34,737 nt of DNA from Candidatus Hydrogenedentota bacterium (GCA_034669905.1 JAXMOL010000069.1:1-34737); one strand, 5' to 3'; shown: positions 11,281 through 21,713, counted from the stretch's first letter. Notes: generated by a model from the letters alone, not told the origin. Translations and numbers: made by a program.

Positions 11281-11319
11281 CGCGGCGAATCGGAGCTTTT
11301 TGAGCTGCGATTCGCCGCG
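11281..11319. terminator. Stem-loop between convergent genes
   Basis: Perfect 12-bp inverted repeat CGCGGCGAATCG / CGATTCGCCGCG plus inner AGCT pairing. Confidence 0.65.
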
Positions 11320-11347
11320 TCATTATTGGGTGTGCGCTATGGACGTA

Positions 11348-12307
11348 TCAGTTGTCCAGATTGGCGAACATGCGCGTTACCGGGTTGATACCGGGGTACT
11401 TGACAAAGCTCACGTGTCCGTCCATGTAGAGTACATTGGAGCCACCGGGGATATGGCTGAAGTTCTCCGTGGAACGGGCCGTGCGGTCGTTGAGGATATA
11501 GATGTTGCTCTGCGCTTTGGCCGAACCGGCCGCGTTGTTGATATCGGTGATCAGGAAGCGCTCGATGCCTTCACGAAGTCGCAACATGGTCATGCCGACC
11601 CCAAGTACGGGGACACCGATGGTGGTCGCGACGGTGTCTACGTCGATATCATTGTCGACGAAATCGACCGGGGAGGAGGCGCCCACGGCAGCGGTGGCAC
11701 CGTTGTCGACCAGGAACTGCACGCCAAAGATCGCGCCCGGCACGTCGGGTGCCATGCCCAGGGAAAGGATCAGTCCGACCAGCGCCGTGGCATCAGCGAC
11801 GGAAGAAAAACCACCGTTGTTCAAGGTGTCCGGGCTTTGGCCCTGGAGGATGTCGCTATCATTGATGAGCCAGCCGAGGTAGGTATAAGACTCGTTGTCG
11901 AATTTACAGGGGAGGATAGGAAGTGTCGGGTCGCCACCAACATTCCAGCTGCCGTTGGTGACATTGTCGGCTTCCGCATCGGACGGGCAGAGCATGACCC
12001 CAACGTCGGAGAGGTATTCGGGATAGACCAGATCGCCTTCAAAGAAGAAGCCGTTGGAATCGGGTTCGTCACAGACACCGGCCGTGGCGCCTTCGGTGAC
12101 GGTCGAGAGGTAGGGATACGTTTCGCCTTCTGATTCGTTGGCGTACATCTTAAAAACGACGCCCATCTGCTTGAGATTGTTCTGGCAGCTGGCCCGCCGC
12201 GCCGCTTCCCGCGCCCGCGCCAGGGCAGGCAATAGGATTGCGGCCAGAATACCAATGATGGCAATGACGACCAGTAGCTCGATGAGGGTGAAACCTTGCT
12301 TTTTCAT
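11348..12307 (-). CDS. DUF1559 / prepilin-type N-terminal cleavage-methylation protein with C-terminal H-X9-DG motif
   Basis: MKKQG^[43 protein letters not shown]-terminal [15 protein letters not shown]; start set at ATG 12307 after AAGGA. Confidence 0.92.
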   Translation of the reverse strand: MKKQGFTLIELLVVIAIIGILAAILLPALARAREAARRASCQNNLKQMGVVFKMYANESEGETYPYLSTVTEGATAGVCDEPDSNGFFFEGDLVYPEYLSDVGVMLCPSDAEADNVTNGSWNVGGDPTLPILPCKFDNESYTYLGWLINDSDILQGQSPDTLNNGGFSSVADATALVGLILSLGMAPDVPGAIFGVQFLVDNGATAAVGASSPVDFVDNDIDVDTVATTIGVPVLGVGMTMLRLREGIERFLITDINNAAGSAKAQSNIYILNDRTARSTENFSHIPGGSNVLYMDGHVSFVKYPGINPVTRMFANLDN

Positions 12308-12765
12308 AGGATGAATCCTTGCGTTGATGGTGTTAAATTGACAGCGTGTACGCGCTGGGGCCCCGGCCGTGTGCGCGCGATGGCGCGCCTCGCCACGTCC
12401 TCCATATTGTGGTGATGGTTCTCGCTGTGTCGTTCCGCGCCCGGGGCGGCGAAGAGCGACTTCAATTCCGAAGTGGGCGTCGTATGATGACGAAAAAATA
12501 GCGCCACTTCGGCTCTCAGGAGGCCTTACGGTAGCTTCCTGATTGCGCTTATGAATACGAAATCGGGGTCGCAGGTTGGCGGCCGGGAACGCTCCGACGG
12601 GCACACGGCCCGGAGACAACCTGCACGTACTTTTTCCGGTCACCCATTTGCCAATCGGGAGTGACGCTCCAGAATGCGCCTTCGATGGCGCAACGGGCCC
12701 ACCTTGAAGGAATTGAATTCCCCTATGGGCAAGCATGTTACTTAACAGTAAATAGGTGCAGTGAT

Positions 12766-12794
12766 AGTCTGTCGTTTATGGGTAGAAATGTCAA
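12766..12794 (-). promoter_or_regulatory. Putative sigma70 promoter for the 11348-12307 gene
   Basis: Minus strand TTGACA (12794-12789), 17 bp, CAGACT (12771-12766) in a locally AT-rich stretch. Confidence 0.4.
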
Positions 12795-12945
12795 TAGAAA
12801 TCTTTACCAAAGGAGCTTTAATAGGGGGGGCGGGAATCGGCTGACCGTGAGGGGGCTATCCCCTGGGGCGGAGAAGGTCGCTGCGTCGCCAACGATGGCG
12901 TAATCCTCGCAAAGCCTCCTTGCTATGATGGGTTTTCGGGGATTC

Positions 12946-12985
12946 AAAGAATCGGCGGGAATCGCTTTGGGGCGATTCCCGCCGA
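12946..12985 (-). terminator. Intrinsic terminator after the 13035-14090 gene
   Basis: Perfect 14-bp stem TCGGCGGGAATCGC / GCGATTCCCGCCGA, 6-nt loop, followed by TTCTTT on the minus strand. Confidence 0.75.
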
Positions 12986-13034
12986 AGGGATCCGAGAGAG
13001 TCCAAGGGGGCGATAGACGCCACGTTCCGTGCGA

Positions 13035-14090
13035 TCAGGCGCCTTTGTTCAACAGCGAGTCAAATGTTGCGAAATTCAGGTTGGCCGTGCCTTCGCTTTC
13101 AGAGAATTTCACAAAGGCTGCGTGCCCATCCATATAAAGGAGATTGGCACCACCGGGAACGTGGTTGTAGTCCGCCGATACGCGACCCAAGCGGTCCCAC
13201 ATGACGAAGATCTGGCTCTGACCCTCGGCAGACGAGGCGGGGTTGTTGATGTCCGTGATAAGAAAGCGCTCGATGCCCTCCCGAAGCCGGAGGATGGAAT
13301 CACTCCCTGACGTGCCGGTGCCATTGGGCACACTCAAGTCCTCTTTCGTAAAGGCATTGAAATCCTCCAGGGTCTGCTGGGTCGGAGAACCTACAAAGGC
13401 CAGATAAAGGGGAAAGAGCACGTCCAGTATTTCCAGAATCATTTCATTGGCCTGCACAGGAATCAACAGCCCGGGGTCATAGGCATTGAAGGGATAGTCG
13501 CTGTAATCGGCCAGACCGGAGCCTTCCATGGTCGCCACCATCGTGGCAGGTGAGGTGGCCGGGTCACTGGCTTCAATACGATCCATAATATACCCGTAGT
13601 AGGCGTAGCTCTGATCGACACCGCTGGCGCAGGACCCGCCATGGCTGCAGCCAGCCCGCTCAGATTGGGCCCGGGCGTCCATCGTGCCAAAGAGGTTTTC
13701 CCCCTGGGTGCTGAAGCCGTTGTCCACACCGGTCCAGCGGAAGGCGCCGCCTTCGGCATCAGACGGACAGATGAGCACATTGGAGTCGGTCAGGTATTCG
13801 GGATAGATTTCCGGGACAGACGGCCCATAGTTCGATACGACGTTGATTCCAGCGCCCGCGCCGTCATCGGGAATATAAGCCTTGATGAAGAGACTGGGCC
13901 ATTGTTCCCCTTTGCTTTCATTGGCGAACATCTTGAAGACCACGCCCATTTGTTTGAGGTTGTTTTGGCAACTCGCACGCCGCGCGGCTTCTCGGGCCCG
14001 TGCCAGGGCGGGGAGCAGGATGGCGGCCAGGATGCCGATGATGGCAATGACGACCAGCAATTCGATCAGGGTAAATCCTCGTTTTTTCAT
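13035..14090 (-). CDS. DUF1559 / prepilin-type N-terminal cleavage-methylation protein with H-X9-DG motif (paralog)
   Basis: MKKRG^FTLIELLVV...[38 protein letters not shown]. Confidence 0.92.
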   Translation of the reverse strand: MKKRGFTLIELLVVIAIIGILAAILLPALARAREAARRASCQNNLKQMGVVFKMFANESKGEQWPSLFIKAYIPDDGAGAGINVVSNYGPSVPEIYPEYLTDSNVLICPSDAEGGAFRWTGVDNGFSTQGENLFGTMDARAQSERAGCSHGGSCASGVDQSYAYYGYIMDRIEASDPATSPATMVATMEGSGLADYSDYPFNAYDPGLLIPVQANEMILEILDVLFPLYLAFVGSPTQQTLEDFNAFTKEDLSVPNGTGTSGSDSILRLREGIERFLITDINNPASSAEGQSQIFVMWDRLGRVSADYNHVPGGANLLYMDGHAAFVKFSESEGTANLNFATFDSLLNKGA

Positions 14091-14497
14091 GGATACATGA
14101 TTCCTTCAGTATGTTGCGGTTACACAGTAGTTCGGGTAAAAAAGTAGGAATAGATAAGCGATAGACGTACTCAATAGTCTCCCGGTTCTATTGCGCACAG
14201 TTAGGTCCCATAGAAGTTTTCCACTGGGCTAGCCCCAGTTTGTCGCATTATGCGAAAAAAGTCAAAAACAATCTCCGTAGGGTATGGGGTTGCGCTGCCG
14301 GCGTCCCCATTTCGCCACGATGTGCTAGAATTTCGAGGGGCCGCCGGGCGTCGGTGTTGGATACCACTTTCCGCTTTCTTCTGCGATTTCGCACTTGGGG
14401 GGGCCGTTGTGGTACAAATGCCCGTCAGGATGACGGTCTGGCGCGTGTGGGCGCGCGGAGTTTTCAGCGTTAAACAGAAGTTGGAGTATCGGTAACT

Positions 14498-15457
14498 GTG
14501 AGCACACATGTTGTTGGGGTTGAAATTGGTGGGACCAAATTGCAGGTGGTGTTGGGAACGACGGCCGGTGAAATCGTGGCGCGAAAACGGGGGCGTGTCG
14601 ATCCAGAGGCCGGTGCTGCGGGGATACTTGCGTGGGTGGAGCAAGCGATTGACGCGACCCTGGCGGAAGCGCCCGATCGGCAGGCCATTGGCGCCATCGG
14701 CGTCGGCTTTGGTGGGCCGGTCGATACTGCGACGGGAAAGGTCCTTACGTCCCATCAGGTGGCGGGCTGGGATGGTATCGCGCTCAAGAGTTGGCTGGCG
14801 GACCGCTTCGCCTTGCCGGTAGTCATCGAAAACGACGCGAATGCCGCGGGGTGGGCCGAGTACTGTCATGGCGCCGGCAAAGGAACCCGCAATTTTGTCT
14901 ACTGCAATATCGGCAGTGGCATCGGAGGGGCACTTATCGCCAATGGCATGCTCTACAACGGCCAGGGCTACGGTGCCTGTGAGATTGGGCACACCTATGT
15001 TTCCGACTGGACCGCTGGGGTGCCGGGCGCTTCGGAGAAGCTGGAGAATCTTTGTTCCGGCTGGTCCATCACGTCCCGGATCCGGACGTGGCAGGATATT
15101 GCGGCCGATTCGCCCCTCGGAACCCAATGCCAGGGGAACGCGGAATTGCTGACCTGTCCCATGTTGGCGGACGCGGGGCGCGCCGGGGATGAGCGGGCCA
15201 TCCGGGAGATTGAGCAGATCGCGGGGGGCGTGGGGGCGGCCCTGACCAACGTGATTACCTTACTGCACCCCGAGCGGGTGGCGCTGGGAGGCGGCGTGTC
15301 ACTCATGGGCGATATTCTGCTTGATCCCATCAGGAACTATATTGCCGACCACGTTTTTGGTCCCTATAAGGAGAGTTTTTCGTTGGTGCCCTGTGCCCTC
15401 GAGGAAGACGTAGTAACGGTGGGAGCCCTGCTGTTAGCAGCCGGGGCCGAAACCTAA
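14498..15457 (+). CDS. ROK family sugar kinase (glucokinase-like)
   Basis: GVEIGGTK, GVGFGGPVD, ENDANAA, GSGIGG, EIGH, LGGGV; GTG start. Confidence 0.9.
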   Translation: MSTHVVGVEIGGTKLQVVLGTTAGEIVARKRGRVDPEAGAAGILAWVEQAIDATLAEAPDRQAIGAIGVGFGGPVDTATGKVLTSHQVAGWDGIALKSWLADRFALPVVIENDANAAGWAEYCHGAGKGTRNFVYCNIGSGIGGALIANGMLYNGQGYGACEIGHTYVSDWTAGVPGASEKLENLCSGWSITSRIRTWQDIAADSPLGTQCQGNAELLTCPMLADAGRAGDERAIREIEQIAGGVGAALTNVITLLHPERVALGGGVSLMGDILLDPIRNYIADHVFGPYKESFSLVPCALEEDVVTVGALLLAAGAET

Positions 15458-15582
15458 CCGCCTGGGGCCGCCGGTTTGCTACAGCCTGGCAATCGGAAAT
15501 TCAGTCCCTATGCGCGTTTGCGTGCAGATGAAGTCAGGACATATACTCTAACTCCGTAACCTGTCAGAATAGTGAGGATCTC

Positions 15583-16521
15583 ATGCCTGTCGAAGAAGTA
15601 TTCGTCTCCCTCCATAGTTTCGTCATCGTCGTTTCGCTCATTATGGGACTCCTCGTTGGCAGCTTTTGCAATGTGTGCGTTGGGCGCTGGCCCCACGGGG
15701 AGTCGGTGGTATCGCCCCGCTCCCGTTGTCCCAAGTGTATGAATGCCATCACCTGGTACGACAACATTCCGCTGTTGAGCTGGCTGATACTCGGTGCCAA
15801 GTGTCGCCATTGTAAGGCACCCATATCGTGGCAATATCCCCTGGTCGAGGCCCTGACCGGCGTCCTCTTCGTGGCGGTCTATCTACGATTCGGCCTGACC
15901 CTGGCCACACCAATCTACATGGTGATGGCGGCAGCCATGGTCGTTGTTACCTTCCAGGATTTGGCCGACTGGACGATACCGGATGAGATTACCCTTCCCG
16001 GCGTACCCATCGGACTGGGGCTTTCGGTCGTGGCCATGTTGATGGGCGACGAGTCCCTGTTGGTGAACCACCCCTTCGATGCGATCCTGGGGATTGTGCT
16101 CGGATTCGCCGTGCTCTACGGCCTGGACCGCGTCACCGTGCTGTTGCTGAAAAAGCCGGGCATGGGTATGGGAGACGTCAAGTTGCTCGCCATGCTGGGT
16201 GCCTTTATCGGCTGGCAGGGCGTACTGGGAACCCTGATGCTCGCGTCCGTGCTGGGCAGTACCATCGGGATTGCGGTCCTGATGTATTTCCGGATGAAGG
16301 AGGGGGCGGCGTCGGCCGAGGCCACGGTTTCGGCGACGGAAGGCGGCGAGGATAGTGCGGTCACCAAGGTCTCGGGAGACGAGGACGACGACGACGGTAT
16401 CAGCCTTGACCATCGCTACCTGCCCTTCGGCCCCTATCTTGCCATTGGCGGAATGGTCTATATTTTCGTCGGGCCACAGGTCTTGGCGTGGTATTTGTCG
16501 AGCTTGGCACTTCCCTACTAG
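15583..16521 (+). CDS. pilD: Type IV prepilin peptidase / N-methyltransferase
   Basis: GSFCNV, PRSRCPKC...CRHC zinc motif, WYDNIP, catalytic Asp motifs QDL and GMGDVKL, PFGPYL. Confidence 0.93.
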   Translation: MPVEEVFVSLHSFVIVVSLIMGLLVGSFCNVCVGRWPHGESVVSPRSRCPKCMNAITWYDNIPLLSWLILGAKCRHCKAPISWQYPLVEALTGVLFVAVYLRFGLTLATPIYMVMAAAMVVVTFQDLADWTIPDEITLPGVPIGLGLSVVAMLMGDESLLVNHPFDAILGIVLGFAVLYGLDRVTVLLLKKPGMGMGDVKLLAMLGAFIGWQGVLGTLMLASVLGSTIGIAVLMYFRMKEGAASAEATVSATEGGEDSAVTKVSGDEDDDDGISLDHRYLPFGPYLAIGGMVYIFVGPQVLAWYLSSLALPY

Positions 16522-16630
16522 GTAGCGGGGCACCTGCAGGGGCGTGCAGGCTGCCAGGAGTTGAAAGACGAGAAGGGCTCGCCCGCCCGACGGCATTGTT
16601 CGGCCGACAATGCGGTAGTAAGGAACAACG

Positions 16631-17728
16631 ATGTACCCAGCACTGATCCGATTCGATGAAGCTTACTGTGAGCGTCTCTGGGGGGGGAAACGGATGAGGG
16701 AAGTGCTGGGAAAGCCGGCACCCGCCGATCGCCCCGTGGGGGAAGCGTGGCTCATCGCTGACCACGCGAACCACGTGAGCACGGTCACGGATGGCGGTCC
16801 CTGGCACGGAATGACGTTGCACGGGGTGATGAAGGCCCATGGAGCGTATCTCCTGGGTAGTCATGCCCGGCCGACCATTCACGGTCAGTTTCCGCTTTTG
16901 CTCAAGATACTCGATGCGGCGGATGTCCTGTCCGTCCAGGTACACCCGGATGATGAGGCCGCGGTTGCATTGGGGGAGCCCGACGTGGGCAAAACCGAAA
17001 TGTGGCATGTGCTGGAGTCGGAAGCGGGAAGCGAGCTGATTTGCGGGCTGGACCCTACGGTGGATAAGACCCGGTTTCTCGATGCAATTGCCCGGAATGA
17101 TGTGCAAGATACCATGCGCAGCTTTCCCGGGTCGCCGGGGACTTCCGTCTTTGTGGCCGCCGGTACGGTGCACGCCATCGGGGCGGGCATCCTCCTGGCC
17201 GAGATTCAGCAAAACAGTGATTTGACCTACCGGATTTACGACTGGGATCGGGTAGACGCTGCGGGGAATAATCGGGCACTCCATCTGGATAAGGCGGCCA
17301 AGGTGACGCGTTTCGGGAGTCCCCATGGAGGGGCAGCTACGCCCTTGTCCTATTCGGAGGGCGATGCCACGGTAAGTCTGTTGGGGGCCTGTCGCCATTT
17401 TGCCACCGCCCTGGTGGAAGCACCGTCGCGGCACGTCCGTCAGACCCATGGTCGCTCCTTTCATCTCATTTTGGCCCGGGACGGGAAAACCGTCGTGTCA
17501 GCAGGGGAAACATCTGTTACACTTGATAGAGGCGCTGCGGTGCTTGTGCCCGCGGGGGTGGCGGAATATGCTTTGGAGAGCGATGGCGCCGTGATGGACT
17601 TTTTTGTCCCCGAATTGGGGGCCGATGTCGTTGCGCCGCTTCGGGCCGCGGGTCATTCTGATGCCGCGATAGGCGCACTGGGGGGCGACCCTGCCACGAG
17701 TGATGTAACGCAGGAGATAGGACCATGA
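16631..17728 (+). CDS. manA: Type I mannose-6-phosphate isomerase (cupin)
   Basis: WGG, PLLLKILDA, LSVQVHPDD, GKTEMW, GTVHAIG, EIQQNSDLTYRIYDWDR. Confidence 0.9.
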   Translation: MYPALIRFDEAYCERLWGGKRMREVLGKPAPADRPVGEAWLIADHANHVSTVTDGGPWHGMTLHGVMKAHGAYLLGSHARPTIHGQFPLLLKILDAADVLSVQVHPDDEAAVALGEPDVGKTEMWHVLESEAGSELICGLDPTVDKTRFLDAIARNDVQDTMRSFPGSPGTSVFVAAGTVHAIGAGILLAEIQQNSDLTYRIYDWDRVDAAGNNRALHLDKAAKVTRFGSPHGGAATPLSYSEGDATVSLLGACRHFATALVEAPSRHVRQTHGRSFHLILARDGKTVVSAGETSVTLDRGAAVLVPAGVAEYALESDGAVMDFFVPELGADVVAPLRAAGHSDAAIGALGGDPATSDVTQEIGP

Positions 17729-17849
17729 GTAAGCAAATGCTTGAAAAGCCGGTCCATTATGGAGCGATTCATGTGGGTTGCCGCTGGAAATCCCACGTAT
17801 ACTGTGTAATCTCAAAGAGTTGTGACTCGTCGTGCAGGGAGGAGTCGCG

Positions 17850-18449
17850 ATGCGTCAGTTGAGTGATGCGGCGCTGGTCCTTCGGTGTATCGAAGGAGAC
17901 AGCGATGCCTTCGGTGAAGTGGTCCGTCGCTATGAATCGGCGGTCTATGCCACTGCCCACTATTATGTGGGGCGATACGGTGTGGCGGAAGACGTTGCCC
18001 AGGAGTCCTTTTGGGCGGCCTATCGGAGCTTACGGCGCTTGCGGGACCCCAATCGGCTGGGGGCATGGATTCGCGAGATTACCACACGGACGTCTGCGAA
18101 TTGGCTGCGAAGGAATCGCTCCCGCTTGATGCAGGAGACGCCGCTGCCTCACCGGCGGACAATATCTATCGAAGATGCGCGCAAAGGACCGGATGTCCTG
18201 CTGCAACGCGAAGATTTGTATGCCCAACTGAGCCGGGCCATTGATACGCTCCCGGAGCGCTATCGCCTGCCGGTCATGTTGCGGTATCTGCAAGAACTGA
18301 GCTACGAAGAAATCAGTGATTTTACGGGAGAATCCCGCGATGAGATTCGCGGAATTCTTCATCGGGCCGGACGTCAGTTACGCGAGGTTCTACGCAACGA
18401 CGAAGATTCGGACGAAGGACAACTTTCTTGGCCACATGCTCACAGGTAA
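17850..18449 (+). CDS. ECF RNA polymerase sigma factor
   Basis: SDAALV..GDSDAFGEVVRRY, AEDVAQESF (region 2), LPERYR..LSYEEI (region 4); RBS GGAGGAG. Confidence 0.93.
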   Translation: MRQLSDAALVLRCIEGDSDAFGEVVRRYESAVYATAHYYVGRYGVAEDVAQESFWAAYRSLRRLRDPNRLGAWIREITTRTSANWLRRNRSRLMQETPLPHRRTISIEDARKGPDVLLQREDLYAQLSRAIDTLPERYRLPVMLRYLQELSYEEISDFTGESRDEIRGILHRAGRQLREVLRNDEDSDEGQLSWPHAHR

Positions 18450-19711
18450 ATACGTTCTTCCAAGCCTACGTGGATGGTGAGCTCTCTACGTCGGAAGATG
18501 CGGTGTTGGGTGCCCATCTGGCCCATTGCGCCCGGTGCCGTGAAGATGTGAGGTCCCTGGCGGTGTTCCATCAGGAGCTCGTTGGGGCCTGCGCGATGCA
18601 TCGCCAGCAGGGAAGTCTCCGGGACCGCGTGTTGGCCCATCTCCCCGATATGGAGCCGGCCCTCGCACAGGGGTCCCACCCGACCGATCCCAGCATGGCG
18701 CCTTCCCGAACGGGCGTGCGATTTCCTTTTCCCTTTGCGGCCGTAGCTGCCTTGCTCCTCATTGGACTGTTGGGGATTATGGTCTACCCCTATTCCGGAC
18801 AGGCCGCTCCCGAAGACGCGGTGGGCATGGTCATCCATACCAGTGGTTCTGGTGCCGTCCTGGTAGAAGCGGGTGAAGCTGAGTCGAGGGTGGCGCAGGT
18901 TGAGACCCTGATTGGCCGGGATGATGTGATACGCACCCTGGAGGATGGGCAACTCGGCATCGCGTTGGACCGGGGCTCTTCGGTGAAGGTGAATCTTAAC
19001 TCACACCTGGCGATCGAGGATGCCCGTAACGTGTATGTCTACGAAGGGCAGGCCTTCTTTGATGTGGGGCGGGACCGCAAGCACTTCTTCGTCAATACGC
19101 CTGCCGGCGAGATTCTCGTTTTTGGTACCGCCTTTGTCGTCGATGTGGCCCAGGATGTAACGACCGTGATTGTGGTGGAGGGCGACGTCCTGGTCAGCAC
19201 TTCGGTGGGGCGCTCGGCCCTCACCCGGGGTAAGCAGTCTCATTTGCGCCGTGGTCAGGCCCCCACGCCTCCGGAAGATGTCAGTAACCAGGCGCTCCTC
19301 GCCTGGGCGACAGGTGTAGATTTTATACCCGACAGCCATGCGGCCGCCCTCTACGATGAGATTTTCGGAGCCGACGGAGCAGATGCGGTTGCGCTGCCGG
19401 CGGAAGCCGTCTATGCGGTTCGTAACCTCCGGGATCGGGAAGTGGAGGGCGTTCAGTTGAGTTGGGAGCCCGATGGCATCGTGGGCGGTCATTGCGGCTA
19501 TTTTCTCCATGTGACGGATAGCGATGACAATCTGCTTTTCCTGGATACGGTGCCCAGCAAACTCTTCAACGATCTGAACACCCACTCCGTCACGCTCACA
19601 CCGCCTAACGGCCCCTTTTCCGGCGTGGATGTGGTCCATATCCGCCTCATACCGGACTATAACCGGGGCGCTATTGAAAGCACGGTGCGCGTCAACCTGA
19701 TCGTGCAGTAG
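18428..19711 (+). CDS. Anti-sigma factor: zinc-binding ZAS (zf-HC2) domain, TM helix, FecR-like domain
   Basis: C...AYVDGELS...HLAHCARC (HxxxCxxC), TM segment, EGQAFFDV..VNTPAGEILVFGTAF..VVEGDV FecR pattern; TTG start overlaps the sigma gene end. Confidence 0.85.
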   Translation: MATCSQVNTFFQAYVDGELSTSEDAVLGAHLAHCARCREDVRSLAVFHQELVGACAMHRQQGSLRDRVLAHLPDMEPALAQGSHPTDPSMAPSRTGVRFPFPFAAVAALLLIGLLGIMVYPYSGQAAPEDAVGMVIHTSGSGAVLVEAGEAESRVAQVETLIGRDDVIRTLEDGQLGIALDRGSSVKVNLNSHLAIEDARNVYVYEGQAFFDVGRDRKHFFVNTPAGEILVFGTAFVVDVAQDVTTVIVVEGDVLVSTSVGRSALTRGKQSHLRRGQAPTPPEDVSNQALLAWATGVDFIPDSHAAALYDEIFGADGADAVALPAEAVYAVRNLRDREVEGVQLSWEPDGIVGGHCGYFLHVTDSDDNLLFLDTVPSKLFNDLNTHSVTLTPPNGPFSGVDVVHIRLIPDYNRGAIESTVRVNLIVQ

Positions 19712-19826
19712 GCGACTCGGAGCCGGTCTCCGGAAGTCTCCGGTTACCGCGCACGATACCTCGAATGCTCCCCAACCGCCACTCTCCCTCACGGGTCCAC
19801 CGCTTTTTTTGTGGCGCCACATTTAG

Positions 19827-19844
19827 TTTTAGGTATGCTTCAAA
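19827..19844. promoter_or_regulatory. Candidate DtxR/MntR-family operator
   Basis: Imperfect palindrome TTTTAGGTATGCTTCAAA (12/18 self-complementary positions) just upstream of the -35; resembles TTTAGG-n4-CCTAAA boxes. Confidence 0.45.
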
Positions 19845-19849
19845 ATTAC

Positions 19850-19878
19850 TTGCGCTCTGGCTAAAATCGTGCTATAGT
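19850..19878 (+). promoter_or_regulatory. sigma70 promoter of the metal ABC operon
   Basis: TTGCGC, 17 bp, TATAGT with a TG extended -10. Confidence 0.6.
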
Positions 19879-19942
19879 CGGCCTATATCGTAGGAAGACC
19901 CGCGATGAGTTGGGTCAGAACGGTTAGGAAAGGTGTGATCCC

Positions 19943-20905
19943 GTGAACCATTACTGGACGATAATACGTGGCATGTTGATGGGGCTGGTCATTCTGGCGG
20001 GTGCCGGATGCAAAGTTTCTGAAATGTCCGAGGATAGAACCGCTCCCCGGGATGGCCCCTTGCGTGTGACCTGCACGATTGGGATGATATCGGATGTGGC
20101 TGCTGCCATCGGGGGGGAGCATGTGGCGGTTGTGGGGCTCATGGGGCCCGGGGTGGATCCCCATCTCTACAAAGCGACCCAGGGGGACTTGTCCCACTTG
20201 CGTGACGCCGACCTGATCTTGTACAACGGATTGCACCTGGAAGGTCGTATGGCGGACGTCCTGGTGAAGCTTGCCAGTCGCATCCCGACCTATCAGGTGA
20301 CAGACACGATTGATCCAAGCCTGCTGCGGGAGCCCCCGGAATTCTCGGGAAACTACGATCCCCATGTGTGGTTTGATGTATCGCTCTGGAAGACGGCGGC
20401 AACGCGCATCCATGAGATCCTCGTTGAGCATGACCCGGAGCACAAGGAATACTTTGATGGGCGGGCGACCGCATACCTCGCTCAGATGGACGAGTTGCAT
20501 GCCTATGCGGAGAGGGAACTGGCATCGATTCCGGCAGAGAACCGGATCCTGGTTACTGCCCACGATGCCTTTGGTTACTTCGGACGCGCCTATGGGCTCG
20601 AGGTGTTGGGAATTCAGGGAATCAGCACCTCGTCCGAGTATGGCCTACAAGATTTGAATGGATTGATCACTATTCTGGTTGAACGAAAGATTCCGGCGGT
20701 ATTCGTGGAATCATCCGTATCCCGCCGTTCCATCGAGGCATTGATTGCAGGTGCGGCCGCAAAGGGGCACCAGGTGAAGCTGGGCGGCGAACTGTTCTCG
20801 GATGCGATGGGTGCGGATGGCACGCCGGAGGGAACCTATCTTGGGATGGTTCGTCACAACGTAGACACGATTGTAAAGGCACTCCAACATGGCGACGCCC
20901 GCTGA
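19943..20905 (+). CDS. troA: Mn/Fe/Zn ABC transporter substrate-binding lipoprotein (TroA/MntA)
   Basis: Lipobox-like AGAGC, GVDPHLY, YNGLHLE, DPHVW, TAHDAFGYF, LFSDAMG. Confidence 0.92.
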   Translation: MNHYWTIIRGMLMGLVILAGAGCKVSEMSEDRTAPRDGPLRVTCTIGMISDVAAAIGGEHVAVVGLMGPGVDPHLYKATQGDLSHLRDADLILYNGLHLEGRMADVLVKLASRIPTYQVTDTIDPSLLREPPEFSGNYDPHVWFDVSLWKTAATRIHEILVEHDPEHKEYFDGRATAYLAQMDELHAYAERELASIPAENRILVTAHDAFGYFGRAYGLEVLGIQGISTSSEYGLQDLNGLITILVERKIPAVFVESSVSRRSIEALIAGAAAKGHQVKLGGELFSDAMGADGTPEGTYLGMVRHNVDTIVKALQHGDAR

Positions 20906-21683
20906 AGAAATTCCCATAGAAGTGCATGACCTGACGGTAGCCTATCAGCACCGTCCGGTGCTTTGGGACATCGATCTCCGCTTTCCTCAGGGACAGCTCA
21001 TCGGAATCGTGGGGCCCAATGGCGCCGGGAAAAGCACGCTGATTAAGGCGATCATGGGCCTGGTGCCGCTGGCTTCGGGCCATGTGGAGGTTTTCGGTCA
21101 GCGTTCCCGGCAGGCCCTTCGTTCGGTAGCCTATGTGCCGCAGCGGGAGTCCGTCGATTGGGATTTTCCGACCACGGCGCTGGATGTGGTGCTCATGGGG
21201 CGCTACGGCCAACTGCCCCTCTTCGGTCGGCCCCGTGCGAAGGACAAAGAGATTGCCCGACAGAGTCTGGCCAAAGTGGGCATGCAGGATTATGCGGACC
21301 GTCAGATTAGTCAGCTGTCGGGGGGGCAACAGCAACGGGTCTTCCTCGCCCGTGCGCTGGCCCAGCAAACCCGGGTATATCTGATGGACGAGCCCTTCGC
21401 CGGGGTGGATGCGTCAACGGAGAAGGCGATTGTCACCATTCTTCGTGAGCTTCAGGCCGAAGGGAGTACGATTATCGTTGTGCACCATGATTTGCACAGT
21501 GTGCCCGAGTACTTTGATCATGTTCTGCTACTGAATCTGCGAACCGTGGCCTTTGGGCCGGTGGCCACGACATTTACCGAGGAGAATCTGAATGCGACCT
21601 ATGGCGGTCGTCTCCACTTGCTCAGTGATGTAACCGAACGGTTGCGCCAGGGGGAGTGGAGTGCGCGGAAACAGGCGAAGTAA
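20889..21683 (+). CDS. troB: Metal ABC transporter ATP-binding protein (TroB/MntB)
   Basis: GPNGAGKST, YVPQRESVDWDFP, LSGGQQQR, LMDEPFAGVD, VHHD. Confidence 0.93.
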   Translation: MATPAEEIPIEVHDLTVAYQHRPVLWDIDLRFPQGQLIGIVGPNGAGKSTLIKAIMGLVPLASGHVEVFGQRSRQALRSVAYVPQRESVDWDFPTTALDVVLMGRYGQLPLFGRPRAKDKEIARQSLAKVGMQDYADRQISQLSGGQQQRVFLARALAQQTRVYLMDEPFAGVDASTEKAIVTILRELQAEGSTIIVVHHDLHSVPEYFDHVLLLNLRTVAFGPVATTFTEENLNATYGGRLHLLSDVTERLRQGEWSARKQAK

Positions 21684-21713
21684 TCGGCCGGTGCGAAGAC
21701 AGGACCACGCCCA

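Noticed and set aside
12308..12736. 143-aa N-terminal extension of the DUF1559 ORF in the ORF track
   Set aside because: A class III signal peptide must be N-terminal, the paralog starts at MKKRGF, and an RBS precedes ATG 12307.
11348..14090. Diversity-generating retroelement or recombination cassette between the two paralogs
   Set aside because: No reverse transcriptase or recombinase nearby. Shared blocks differ mainly at synonymous positions, not adenine-specifically.
17805..17831. Possible ECF autoregulatory promoter TGTAAT-17-CGTC
   Set aside because: Weak match, and very close to the RBS; not supportable without comparative data.
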